Part shown: positions 9,365 to 17,140 of the stretch, piece by piece
How positions within the stretch are numbered: the stretch's first letter is position 1
How the letters are laid out: each line of letters begins with the position of its first letter
Assembly (NCBI GenBank): GCA_963649615.1
Contig: CAVJIN010000001.1
Coordinates: forward strand, 12,307-76,306
Direction: 5' to 3'
DNA length: 64,000 nucleotides
From: a bacterium
GTDB lineage: Bacteria > Spirochaetota > Spirochaetia > Sphaerochaetales > Sphaerochaetaceae
Position numbers and translations under genes: made by a program
The notes under the pieces: generated by a model
The model's database searches: none
What the model was told of the DNA's origin: nothing
What the model saw: the letters and a program-made list of their open reading frames with translations, nothing else

Positions 9365-10069
9365 TCAGCTTTTTTCCATTTTTTTCTTCAGTTCATCAAG
9401 TTCTTTCTGAATTGCATTCAATTCTTCCAAATCCTTGAATTTTTGCTCTAAATCTTCTTCTTTTTTTGCCTGTTGCTGTTCTTGCTCTTTACGAGCTTTC
9501 ATTCTATCAATGCGCTCTTCCATTCTAGCAAAACGCTCCATTGGGTCTTCTTTGTCCGTTTTCTCGGAATGTCCTTTCTCTGAGGAGCTAGAAAAATTAT
9601 AAGAGTATGAAGTCTCTGTGCTTTGCTCTTGTTTTTTCTGACTTTCTTCTCTCATCTTCTTGTACTTCTCTTTAGCACCAGCAAGCTTTTCTTCAAGCTG
9701 GGCAATGTCTGCCTTATATTTTTCAATAGCACTTTCATATTTTTGAACTTCTTCCCTTAATTGCAAAAGTTCTTCAGTAAGCTTCTTTTTCTCAAGTAAA
9801 GCCTCCTTTGCAAGAGAATCCTTTCCATTTGCAATAGCTAGTTCTGCTCTAGACTGCCAGCGATTAATCAAAGCCTCAAGTTCCTTAATTTTTCTATCGG
9901 TAGTAGTCTTTGAACCAATCACTGACGCGCAACTTGTTTTAATTTCAATGATGGTATCCTCCATCTCATTAATCATAAGCTTAATCATCTTCTCAGGATC
10001 TTCAGCCTGATCCAAAAGCGCATTTATATTTGAATTTACAATATCAAGAAATCTAGAAAAAACTCCCAT
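9365..10069 (-). CDS. pspA: PspA/IM30 family protein (phage shock protein A), paralog 1
   Basis: N-terminal MGVFSRFLDIVNSNINALLDQAEDPEKMIKLMINEMED, a long coiled coil, and a C-terminal ERFARMEERIDRM block. Confidence 0.85.
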   Translation of the reverse strand: MGVFSRFLDIVNSNINALLDQAEDPEKMIKLMINEMEDTIIEIKTSCASVIGSKTTTDRKIKELEALINRWQSRAELAIANGKDSLAKEALLEKKKLTEELLQLREEVQKYESAIEKYKADIAQLEEKLAGAKEKYKKMREESQKKQEQSTETSYSYNFSSSSEKGHSEKTDKEDPMERFARMEERIDRMKARKEQEQQQAKKEEDLEQKFKDLEELNAIQKELDELKKKMEKS

Positions 10070-10096
10070 GATAAATCTCCTTACACTTTCTATGTA

Positions 10097-10112
10097 GCAT
10101 TTTGCATGCCAA
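10097..10112 (-). promoter_or_regulatory. Sigma-54 (-24/-12) promoter for pspA-pspC
   Basis: The minus strand reads TTGGCATGCAAAATGC(T). GG and GC have the consensus TGGCACG-N4-TTGCW spacing. The GC element is 28 nt upstream of the pspA ATG, and GGAGA is the RBS. Confidence 0.7.
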
Positions 10113-10196
10113 CTTGATTTTTCCAGTTAAAAGGGCTTAAAACCCGATATTTTTATAGGTGTAGACTTCTTTATCTTGGCCATTTTAACCTTTTAT

Positions 10197-10209
10197 GGTA
10201 AATTTTACC
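10197..10209. promoter_or_regulatory. Palindrome GGTAAATTTTACC, candidate PspF upstream activating site / pspF autoregulatory operator
   Basis: Perfect 6-1-6 palindrome about 117 bp upstream of the predicted pspA start and 3 nt before the pspF ATG. A near-identical copy lies at 12070-12082. Confidence 0.5.
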
Positions 10210-10211
10210 AC

Positions 10212-11246
10212 ATGGACAGACAAACTGAAAACTACATAGGCGAATCAGAAGTTTTTCTAGACTTTCTACATAGAATTGCAGAGGCTGCAACAGTAGATAG
10301 AAGCGTTCTTGTAATAGGCGAAAGAGGAAGCGGAAAAGAACTTGCGGCAAGTAGATTACATTATCTGTCTAAGCGTTGGCAAAAACCCCTTGTTACGCTT
10401 AACTGCGCGGCTCTTGCCCCTTCTTTAATAGAAAGCGAACTCTTTGGATATGAGCAGGGAGCTTTTACAGGTGCAAACAAAACCAGAAAGGGAAGATTTG
10501 AAGAAGCTCAAGGAGGAACACTCTTTTTGGACGAAATTGGAAACATTCCAATGCAAGTTCAAGAAAAAATTTTAAGAGTTGTAGAATATGGAACCTATGA
10601 AAGAGTTGGATCCTCAGTAACTCATGAGGCAGATGTAAGAATAATTGGAGCAACTAATGCCAATCTAAAAGAACTATGCGAACAAGGAAAATTTAAAGAA
10701 GACCTGTTAGACAGATTAAGTTTTGAAGTAATTTTTGTTCCACCTTTAAGAGAAAGAGGAGAAGATATTCTTCTTTTAGCAAATTATTTTGCTACTCGTA
10801 TGTCTATGGAGTGCGGAATTGTAGGCAATCCCACTTTTTCTGAAGATGTTCAATTTAAGCTACTTTCATATTCTTGGCCGGGCAATGTTCGAGAGCTTAA
10901 AAATGTAGTTGAAAGAGCTGTTTACAGAAGTAAAGGAGAGACAATCTCTTCTATCCAAATAGACCCTTTTGTTAATCCGTTTGAAACAAAAGAAACAGAT
11001 AAAAAGCCAACGGATATTGATGTACAAAAACCTCAAACAACGGCCTATTTCTATGATAACATACCAATAAACAAGCTTAATGACACAAAAGAGAGCATTG
11101 AAAAGAATCTTCTCGAAAGAGCTTTACAAAAAACAAACGGCAACCAAAAAGAGGCTGCCGTTCTTATGGAGCTTTCATATGACCAATTTAGAGGTCTTTA
11201 TAGAAAGCACAAAGCTCATTTTGCAAAAACCTCAGAAGTTAATTAG
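10212..11246 (+). CDS. pspF: Sigma-54-dependent transcriptional activator with no N-terminal sensory domain (PspF-type)
   Basis: The AAA+ core begins about 10 residues from the ATG. It has Walker A GERGSGKE, the GAFTGA loop, the LFLDEI Walker B, and a C-terminal Fis-type HTH (NQKEAAVLMELSYDQFRGLYRKH). The track's TTG at 10176 was rejected. Confidence 0.8.
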   Translation: MDRQTENYIGESEVFLDFLHRIAEAATVDRSVLVIGERGSGKELAASRLHYLSKRWQKPLVTLNCAALAPSLIESELFGYEQGAFTGANKTRKGRFEEAQGGTLFLDEIGNIPMQVQEKILRVVEYGTYERVGSSVTHEADVRIIGATNANLKELCEQGKFKEDLLDRLSFEVIFVPPLRERGEDILLLANYFATRMSMECGIVGNPTFSEDVQFKLLSYSWPGNVRELKNVVERAVYRSKGETISSIQIDPFVNPFETKETDKKPTDIDVQKPQTTAYFYDNIPINKLNDTKESIEKNLLERALQKTNGNQKEAAVLMELSYDQFRGLYRKHKAHFAKTSEVN

Positions 11247-11892
11247 CAAACTTAGCTTTGAGCTCATTAAACTCAGCTTCCACACTTGCATTCTGTTCCA
11301 TACTTACAAAAGAAGTCTCAACTTTGTTTGCTTGAGAAAAAACAGAAGCCTCTGCTTCAAGTCGCTCAACTTTCTCCTCCATTTCGTTAAAACGTTTAAC
11401 TGCTTCTGAACAATCAAAAGAATTAATCTGCTTTTCCATCTCAATCTTCTCTTTAGCATGTTCTGCTCTAGCAACTAAGGTTCTTTCTTTGGCCTTTACT
11501 TCCTGAAGTTTTTCTGAAAGTTTTGCAATTTGAACTTCCTGGCTTGCGGAAATTTCTTTTAAAGTTTTCAACTCCTCTTCAACTTCTTCAACTCTAACCG
11601 CTGCCTTTTGTTTTTCAGAAATTGCTTCTTTTGCAAGCTCATCTTTGCCGTTTTTTACAGCCATTTGCGCTCTCATTTCCCATCGGGTAGTTGCAGCTTT
11701 ATACTCTTCCAAAACCTTTTCTCTTCCCTTAATAGTACAAAGAGTCTCTGACGCACTTTCCTTTGCCTTTTCTAAGGTCTCTTCCATCTGAGTAATACTG
11801 TACCTAATCATTTTAGAAGGATTTTCCATCTTGTCTAAAGCATGATTTACATTTGAACTAAAAATGTCGTGAATTCTCTTAAATGCGTTCAT
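11239..11892 (-). CDS. PspA/IM30 family protein, paralog 2
   Basis: N-terminal MNAFKRIHDIFSSNVNHALDKMENPSKMIRYSITQMEE, a coiled coil, and a C-terminal RFNEMEEKVERLEAEA block. Its 3' end overlaps the pspF 3' end by 8 nt (convergent). Confidence 0.8.
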   Translation of the reverse strand: MNAFKRIHDIFSSNVNHALDKMENPSKMIRYSITQMEETLEKAKESASETLCTIKGREKVLEEYKAATTRWEMRAQMAVKNGKDELAKEAISEKQKAAVRVEEVEEELKTLKEISASQEVQIAKLSEKLQEVKAKERTLVARAEHAKEKIEMEKQINSFDCSEAVKRFNEMEEKVERLEAEASVFSQANKVETSFVSMEQNASVEAEFNELKAKFAN

Positions 11893-11911
11893 CTTTTAAT
11901 CTCCTCGTAGG

Positions 11912-11929
11912 GAGGTTTTCAAAAACCTC
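11912..11929. repeat. GAGGTTTT-CA-AAAACCTC hairpin (intergenic hairpin family, copy a)
   Basis: Perfect 8-bp arms located 19 nt upstream of the pspA-2 ATG, just before the GGAGA RBS. Confidence 0.6.
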
Positions 11930-11976
11930 TAAAATTATTCTCTTTAAACCACAACACTTGTGGACACAAAGTCTAT

Positions 11977-11992
11977 TGCAAAACCCGTGCCA
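11977..11992 (-). promoter_or_regulatory. Sigma-54 (-24/-12) promoter for pspA paralog 2
   Basis: The minus strand reads TGGCACGGGTTTTGCA, a full match to TGGCACG-N4-TTGCA. It lies about 85 nt upstream of the ATG. Confidence 0.8.
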
Positions 11993-12069
11993 AGTTCCCG
12001 TAAGTCTATAATTGAACACAAAATAAACAAGAAGACACATAAACCACAACAAATGCAAGAACCAAAAAT

Positions 12070-12082
12070 GGTAAAATTTACC
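12070..12082. promoter_or_regulatory. Palindrome GGTAAAATTTACC, second candidate PspF upstream activating site
   Basis: Shares the flanks (ATGGTAAA-W-TTTACCAC) with the copy at 10197-10209. It lies about 109 bp upstream of the predicted pspA-2 start. Confidence 0.5.
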
Positions 12083-12134
12083 ACGAGAAAAAGTCGACCA
12101 AAAGTTGGCAAGCACAGAAAACGTTTAAAAAATC

Positions 12135-12163
12135 TTGCGTTTGTATTGCAAATGTATTACAAT
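12135..12163 (+). promoter_or_regulatory. Candidate sigma-70 promoter for the antitoxin gene
   Basis: TTGCGT, a 17-nt spacer, then TACAAT. It overlaps a near-palindrome TTGTATT...ATTACAA that could be an operator. Confidence 0.4.
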
Positions 12164-12183
12164 TTAAACAACAGGAGGGTTTT

Positions 12184-12471
12184 ATGGCTAAGGATGCTGT
12201 TCTTCAAATTAGGATTGATTCGGAACTTAAAGAAAAAGTTGAGGCTCTATATGATAATATGGGATTTTCTTTTGCTGATGCCGTTAGAATGTTTGCCGTT
12301 CAAAGCTTAGCAAACAATGGATTACCCTTTACTCCAAAATCAACAATACTTCTAAACAATTATCCAAATTCTGCTGGTGGAATCTTACACAAATATGCAA
12401 ACGCTTCTTTGTATGAAAAAGAAAAAGATGCTTGGGCAAGTGCGGTGGGAGAAAAGTATGGTCTTAATTGA
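12184..12471 (+). CDS. RelB/DinJ-family type II antitoxin
   Basis: LQIRIDSELKEKVEALYDNMGFSFADAVRMFAVQSLANNGLPF matches the DinJ ribbon-helix-helix pattern. AGGAGG is the RBS. Confidence 0.8.
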   Translation: MAKDAVLQIRIDSELKEKVEALYDNMGFSFADAVRMFAVQSLANNGLPFTPKSTILLNNYPNSAGGILHKYANASLYEKEKDAWASAVGEKYGLN

Positions 12472-12627
12472 TGCAAACATTATTCTACGCTATTTACTAA
12501 GAGACATAGAAGAGAAATATGCTATTGCAAGCCAAATCATAGAAAAAGGATGCTGTACAACAACGTGCTAGGGCAATCCGTTGTAAGTTTTGATAAAAAA
12601 CTAAATTCTCACTTGTTAGTTTTGTAG
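12458..12627 (+). pseudogene. Internally deleted PIN-domain (VapC-like) toxin remnant
   Basis: The ATG overlaps the antitoxin stop. MVLIDANIILRYLLRDIEEKYAIASQIIEKG is a PIN N-terminus, and the frame stops after 38 codons at 12571. In the +2 frame, 12568-12627 reads GQSVVSFDKKLNSHLLVL*, which looks like a PIN C-terminus. Roughly 75-80 central codons are missing. Confidence 0.6.
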
Positions 12628-12635
12628 AAAAAAGA

Positions 12636-13382
12636 TCAACAAGAAAACCAGTGTTGCATAAAAATGCCTGCAGCAACAGAAACGTTTAAAGACCCTTTGC
12701 TTCCACCAAGAGAAATAGAAACTCTTTTACCTGCACAAGCTAAAACAGCAGGACTTATACCAAATTCTTCAGAGCCAAGAATCCCAACACCCCGTTTAGG
12801 AAAAGAAAAAGAATCAATATCTTCCCCTCCAACTTCTAATGCAAGAACCTCATCAGCCCCATAAGAACTTAGAAAAGCAACTACCTCTTCTTCCTTCATA
12901 AAAGTCCAATTAACAGTAGAAACCGTACCCATTGAAGTCCGCTGGGCTCTGACATGCTCGGGAGACGCCGTTCCTTCAACAAGAATGATCTTGCTTATAC
13001 CAAAGGAATCTGCACTTCTGAAAATAGCACCAACATTATAAGGACTTCTAATTCTGTCTAAAACTAGAACTTTATCCTGTAAAACCCGTACACTTGAATC
13101 CAAAGCACCAGTAGAAGTTTCTCTGAAATCCCAGTCAGAAGGCTCTGCGCCAAGCCTTTTCAAGATATCTTGGCTAATATCGTCTAGTTTAACAACAACT
13201 GCTTCAGAAGGCAATTTGTCATCTATTTTGTCATAAGATGTTAAAGATAGGACATCATTTATGTATCCTAAGTCAACATCTTTACCGGCTCGAACATCAA
13301 AAGCTGCCTGATGCATAATAATAGAAATTTTTCTAAGCCTTGTCCTCTCTTTAAGACTCTCAAGCTTCTTCTTCGTTATCAT
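12636..13382 (-). CDS. TrmH/SpoU-family RNA 2'-O-methyltransferase
   Basis: The block SPYNVGAIFRSADSFGISKIILVEG and the C-terminal SLNVSVAAGI knot motif support the family call. Confidence 0.75.
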   Translation of the reverse strand: MITKKKLESLKERTRLRKISIIMHQAAFDVRAGKDVDLGYINDVLSLTSYDKIDDKLPSEAVVVKLDDISQDILKRLGAEPSDWDFRETSTGALDSSVRVLQDKVLVLDRIRSPYNVGAIFRSADSFGISKIILVEGTASPEHVRAQRTSMGTVSTVNWTFMKEEEVVAFLSSYGADEVLALEVGGEDIDSFSFPKRGVGILGSEEFGISPAVLACAGKRVSISLGGSKGSLNVSVAAGIFMQHWFSC

Positions 13383-14070
13383 CTAATGCACCTTTTTCCT
13401 GAGAACTCTGAGGCAAAACGCAAAGAGCAAACTCTCCTTTAACCACTTTAAGGCTTTCTTTAACCTGTAACGGTGTTCCGCTGATAATTTGCTCAAAAGC
13501 CTTTGTTAACTCACGGCCAAGAACAATAGTTCTTTCTGGGCAAAGTTCACAAAGTTCATCCAATAACTTCTCAATTCTAAATGGCGATTCATAGATAATA
13601 AAAGCCTCATTGCGCTCCAACAATTCTTGTATTCTATTTTTGCGCCTTCCACTCTTCAGACTTAAGAAACCTTCAAATGTAAAGGTTTTTCCAGCCAGTC
13701 CAGCAACACTTATAAGTGTTATGCAGGCGCTTGCTCCCGGAATTGGAACAACAGTAAAGCCGGCTTCTCTAACGGCTCTAACCAACCTACTTCCTGGGTC
13801 GCTTACTCCTGGAGTTCCAGCATCGCTCACATAAGCCACAGACAACCCTTGAGCTAATAAATTCACAATACCAGCGCTCGAATTTTCTTCATTGTGGGCA
13901 TGACAAGCTATAAGCCTCTTTCCGGTAATCTCAAGATGATTCAGCATCATCTGAGTATGTCTAGTATCTTCACAAGCAATGACATTAGCCTCTTTTAAGA
14001 CTCGGATTGCACGTAGGGTGATATCTTCAAGATTTCCAATTGGCGTGGCCACAACAAATAGAGTGCTCAT
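13360..14070 (-). CDS. rsmI: 16S rRNA (cytidine1402-2'-O)-methyltransferase
   Basis: LFVVATPIGNLEDITLRAIRVLKEANVIACEDTRHT and DAGTPGVSDPG motifs. The ATG at 14070 forms an ATGA overlap with the upstream stop. Confidence 0.85.
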   Translation of the reverse strand: MSTLFVVATPIGNLEDITLRAIRVLKEANVIACEDTRHTQMMLNHLEITGKRLIACHAHNEENSSAGIVNLLAQGLSVAYVSDAGTPGVSDPGSRLVRAVREAGFTVVPIPGASACITLISVAGLAGKTFTFEGFLSLKSGRRKNRIQELLERNEAFIIYESPFRIEKLLDELCELCPERTIVLGRELTKAFEQIISGTPLQVKESLKVVKGEFALCVLPQSSQEKGALDDNEEEA

Positions 14071-15191
14071 TTCCAACGCTCCTTTATATAAGAGCACACT
14101 TCCTTGAGAGCTTCTTCTCCCTCTGGGATGAGCTGATAGAATTGAACAAACCCATGAATGGTGCTCTTGTAGGTATGAAGCGTAGAGTTTGTGCCTAGCG
14201 TTGTAAGAAGAGCGTGATACATAATGCCGTCATCTCGCAGGGTATCGGCACCAGCAACCTGAATAAGGTGGTCTGCAAGCACATAAGTACCATCCTCATC
14301 CACCTCAACAGATGCCTTTGCATACTCATTTTCCCAATTATCTATCTTAAGCGTACCCTGAAGCATCAAAAGAGGCGACGCATATGGCTTATAGGCGTCT
14401 TCTGGGTCTTCCAAGTAATCGTCAATAACCTGAGTCATCAACTTACCACTAAGCATAACCTTCCGCCCATCAAAGCCACCAAAAAGCAAATGAGAGGCCT
14501 TAATTTCCCCTTTCACCGTTAAACTCGGATACATCAACACAACACAAGAAGGCTGACTCATATCATTTTCTTTCAACCTAATTGAGATCCCTGTAGCAAA
14601 ATTTCCACCAGAAGAATCGCCAGCAATAGCCACTTTGCTTGAATCTGCACCATACTCGGAGGCATGTTCTAGCATATAACAATAAGCATCCCACACATCG
14701 TCAACACCGGCTGGGAACTTGTTTTCAGGGGCAAGCCTGTAATCTGTAAAGAAGACCACAGAATTCAGCCTATCTGCAAGTTCGCCCACAAAAGACTGAT
14801 ATGTGAGATAATTTCCACTATTGTACGCTCCACCGTGAGTGTAAAATAAAATTGGCAAGAGCTCTGCACTATTTTCATTCCACTTTTTAGGATATGCAAT
14901 CCACAACGTGCAATTTGTAAGCTCAACAGAAATTACAACGCGGTCTTCTTTCAGCACTGGCTCTGGTTGCCCCTTGAAGGTGCCATCCGAATTCATATAC
15001 TTATTCATCATATACAGCGCCAAGGCCGATGCTTCTGACAGCTTTGTATCTGGGTCCATCGTTTGTTGCAACTGTTTAACCTCTTCTTTGCTCACTCCCA
15101 ACTTAGACCTTACAAACTCCGTCTTAATTGTTGAGCAAGAAGAGAGCAAAACAGCAATCAGCGTTAGCGCAATTACGAGGACCCTTTTCAT
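14067..15191 (-). CDS. Family IV (HSL-like) esterase/lipase lipoprotein with an intact triad
   Basis: Signal peptide plus lipobox (LLSSCS). The HGGA, GDSSGGNFA, DTLRDDG and IHGF blocks are all present. Confidence 0.75.
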   Translation of the reverse strand: MKRVLVIALTLIAVLLSSCSTIKTEFVRSKLGVSKEEVKQLQQTMDPDTKLSEASALALYMMNKYMNSDGTFKGQPEPVLKEDRVVISVELTNCTLWIAYPKKWNENSAELLPILFYTHGGAYNSGNYLTYQSFVGELADRLNSVVFFTDYRLAPENKFPAGVDDVWDAYCYMLEHASEYGADSSKVAIAGDSSGGNFATGISIRLKENDMSQPSCVVLMYPSLTVKGEIKASHLLFGGFDGRKVMLSGKLMTQVIDDYLEDPEDAYKPYASPLLMLQGTLKIDNWENEYAKASVEVDEDGTYVLADHLIQVAGADTLRDDGIMYHALLTTLGTNSTLHTYKSTIHGFVQFYQLIPEGEEALKEVCSYIKERWK

Positions 15192-15286
15192 GCATTCTCC
15201 TTAAGTTTCCATTCTTGATATCCCGCACAAAAGAAGGTTGTGCAGAAAGTATTCGATTTTTTCTAACTTTTGCAAATTTTCGTATA

Positions 15287-15333
15287 AAAAGTATTCGATT
15301 TTTTTCAAAATTAACCATTTTTCGAATACTTTT
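15287..15333 (-). terminator. Possible aspS terminator (12-bp stem, large loop)
   Basis: AAAAGTATTCGA pairs with TCGAATACTTTT. On the minus strand a T-rich run follows the stem. The 23-nt loop is atypically large. Confidence 0.4.
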
Positions 15334-15355
15334 CTACTACTCCATTGCAAACAGG

Positions 15356-17140
15356 TTACTTCTCTTCATCTTTCTTGATGATAAGATGAAGTTCGTCAAG
15401 CTGCTTCTGGTCTACATCGTTTGGACAATCGTCCATAGGAGAGATTGCAAAACTGTTCTTTGGGAAAGCAATAACTTCCTTAATAGAAGACTGCTCACTC
15501 ATGATCATGACCATACGGTCAATACCAGGAGCAATTCCACCGTGTGGTGGTGGTCCAAACTTAAACGCATTAAGCAAGAAGCCAAACTTCTTTTCGCCTT
15601 CTTCATCTGAGAAGTTGCAAATACGGAAAATTCTCTTCTGAAGTTCAACATCATGAATTCTTATTGAGCCAGAAGCGCACTCGTATCCATTACAAACCAT
15701 GTCATACAAGTCTCCACGAACCTCGCCAGGATTCTCTTCAAGAGTATCAATATACTTAGCTTGTGGCATACTGAACATATGGTGAGCAGCTTCCCAATGG
15801 CCTTCGTCCTCGTTGTACTCAAACAATGGGAAATCAACAATCCAGCAGAATTCAAAACCAGGTTTGATAATGCCAAGGTCTTTTCCAAGCTTAGATCTAA
15901 TGGCACCAGCAGAAGCACAACACTTCTTCCAGTTCTCATGTGCAACCATGAGAATAACATCTCCTTCTTTTGCCCCCATAAAGTCGCAAACTTCTTTCTC
16001 GTGTCCAACAAAAAACTTTGCGGCACTGCCAGAAAGAGCATTGTTTGCACCAACTTTAATGAAAGGAACAAACTGAGCACCATAGACTTTAGCTGCTGCA
16101 GCAATCTCATCAAGATACTTTCTTGTAAAATCAAAGCCTTCTGTTTTTGGTGCACAAATAGCCTTAGTATAGCCATTATTGGCTAAAATTGTCTTATAAG
16201 CATCAAAAGAGGACATCATTACAAGATCTTTTATATCTTTGATTTCACAACCAAATCTGAGATCTGGCTTGTCGCAACCATAAGTATTCATTGCATCAAA
16301 GTAATCAATTCTTCTGAAATGAGCAGGAAGCTCATAGTTCATAACTTCCCTGAAGACATGACCAAAGAGTCTTTCTATGAGAGCAAGAACATCGTCTCTC
16401 TTAACAAAGCTCATTTCAATGTCTAGCTGAGTGAACTCGAGTTGTCTGTCTCCTCTAGCATCTTCATCTCTGTAGCATCTTGCAATCTGGAAGTATTTGT
16501 CAAAACCACTTACCATGAGAAGCTGTTTATAAAGCTGTGGACTCTGAGGAAGAGCATAGAACTTTCCAGGATATTTTCTTGAAGGAACAAGGAAGTCTCT
16601 TGCACCTTCAGGGGTAGATCTAATGAGAGTAGGAGTTTCAATCTCGTAAAATCCTTCTGTATAAAGATATTCTCTTATTGCCTTGATAAATTCATGTCTG
16701 AGCTTAATTCTATTCTGCATTCCACTTGAACGAAGGTCCAAGAATCTATACTTGAGTCTCAAATCTTCATTTGCCACATTTTCGCTATCAATCATAAACG
16801 GAAGAGTTGCACACTTTGACAAAATAGAAATCTTTTCAGCCTTGACTTCAACTTCGCCAGTTGCCATGTCATGGTTAATCATATTCTCTGGTCTGAGTCT
16901 TACAACACCTGTAACCGCAATGCAGTATTCCATCCTGAGCTCTGAAGCGGTCTTCTGAAGCTCAGGGCTAGCATCATCATCTACAACTACCTGGGTAATG
17001 CCATACCTATCTCTTAGATTGATGAAATGAAGTGCACCGTGATTTCTATCCCTATGCACCCAGCCGTTAAGAACAACAGTTTTCCCCGCGTCAGCTCCTC
17101 TGAGCTCTCCGCATGTTACAGTACGCTGATCAAAATTCAT
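15356..17140 (-). CDS. aspS: Aspartate--tRNA ligase (bacterial type with GAD insertion)
   Basis: Class II motifs FRDEDARGDRQ and GGIAPGIDR, and length about 594 aa. The ATG at 17140 with an AAGAGG RBS is preferred over 17173. Confidence 0.9.
   Translation of the reverse strand: MNFDQRTVTCGELRGADAGKTVVLNGWVHRDRNHGALHFINLRDRYGITQVVVDDDASPELQKTASELRMEYCIAVTGVVRLRPENMINHDMATGEVEVKAEKISILSKCATLPFMIDSENVANEDLRLKYRFLDLRSSGMQNRIKLRHEFIKAIREYLYTEGFYEIETPTLIRSTPEGARDFLVPSRKYPGKFYALPQSPQLYKQLLMVSGFDKYFQIARCYRDEDARGDRQLEFTQLDIEMSFVKRDDVLALIERLFGHVFREVMNYELPAHFRRIDYFDAMNTYGCDKPDLRFGCEIKDIKDLVMMSSFDAYKTILANNGYTKAICAPKTEGFDFTRKYLDEIAAAAKVYGAQFVPFIKVGANNALSGSAAKFFVGHEKEVCDFMGAKEGDVILMVAHENWKKCCASAGAIRSKLGKDLGIIKPGFEFCWIVDFPLFEYNEDEGHWEAAHHMFSMPQAKYIDTLEENPGEVRGDLYDMVCNGYECASGSIRIHDVELQKRIFRICNFSDEEGEKKFGFLLNAFKFGPPPHGGIAPGIDRMVMIMSEQSSIKEVIAFPKNSFAISPMDDCPNDVDQKQLDELHLIIKKDEEK

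Noticed and set aside
11960-12310. 116-aa Lys-rich ORF spanning the pspA-2 / antitoxin intergenic region
   Set aside because: It covers the sigma-54 promoter, the UAS palindrome and the antitoxin start in another frame. It has no RBS and no recognisable fold.
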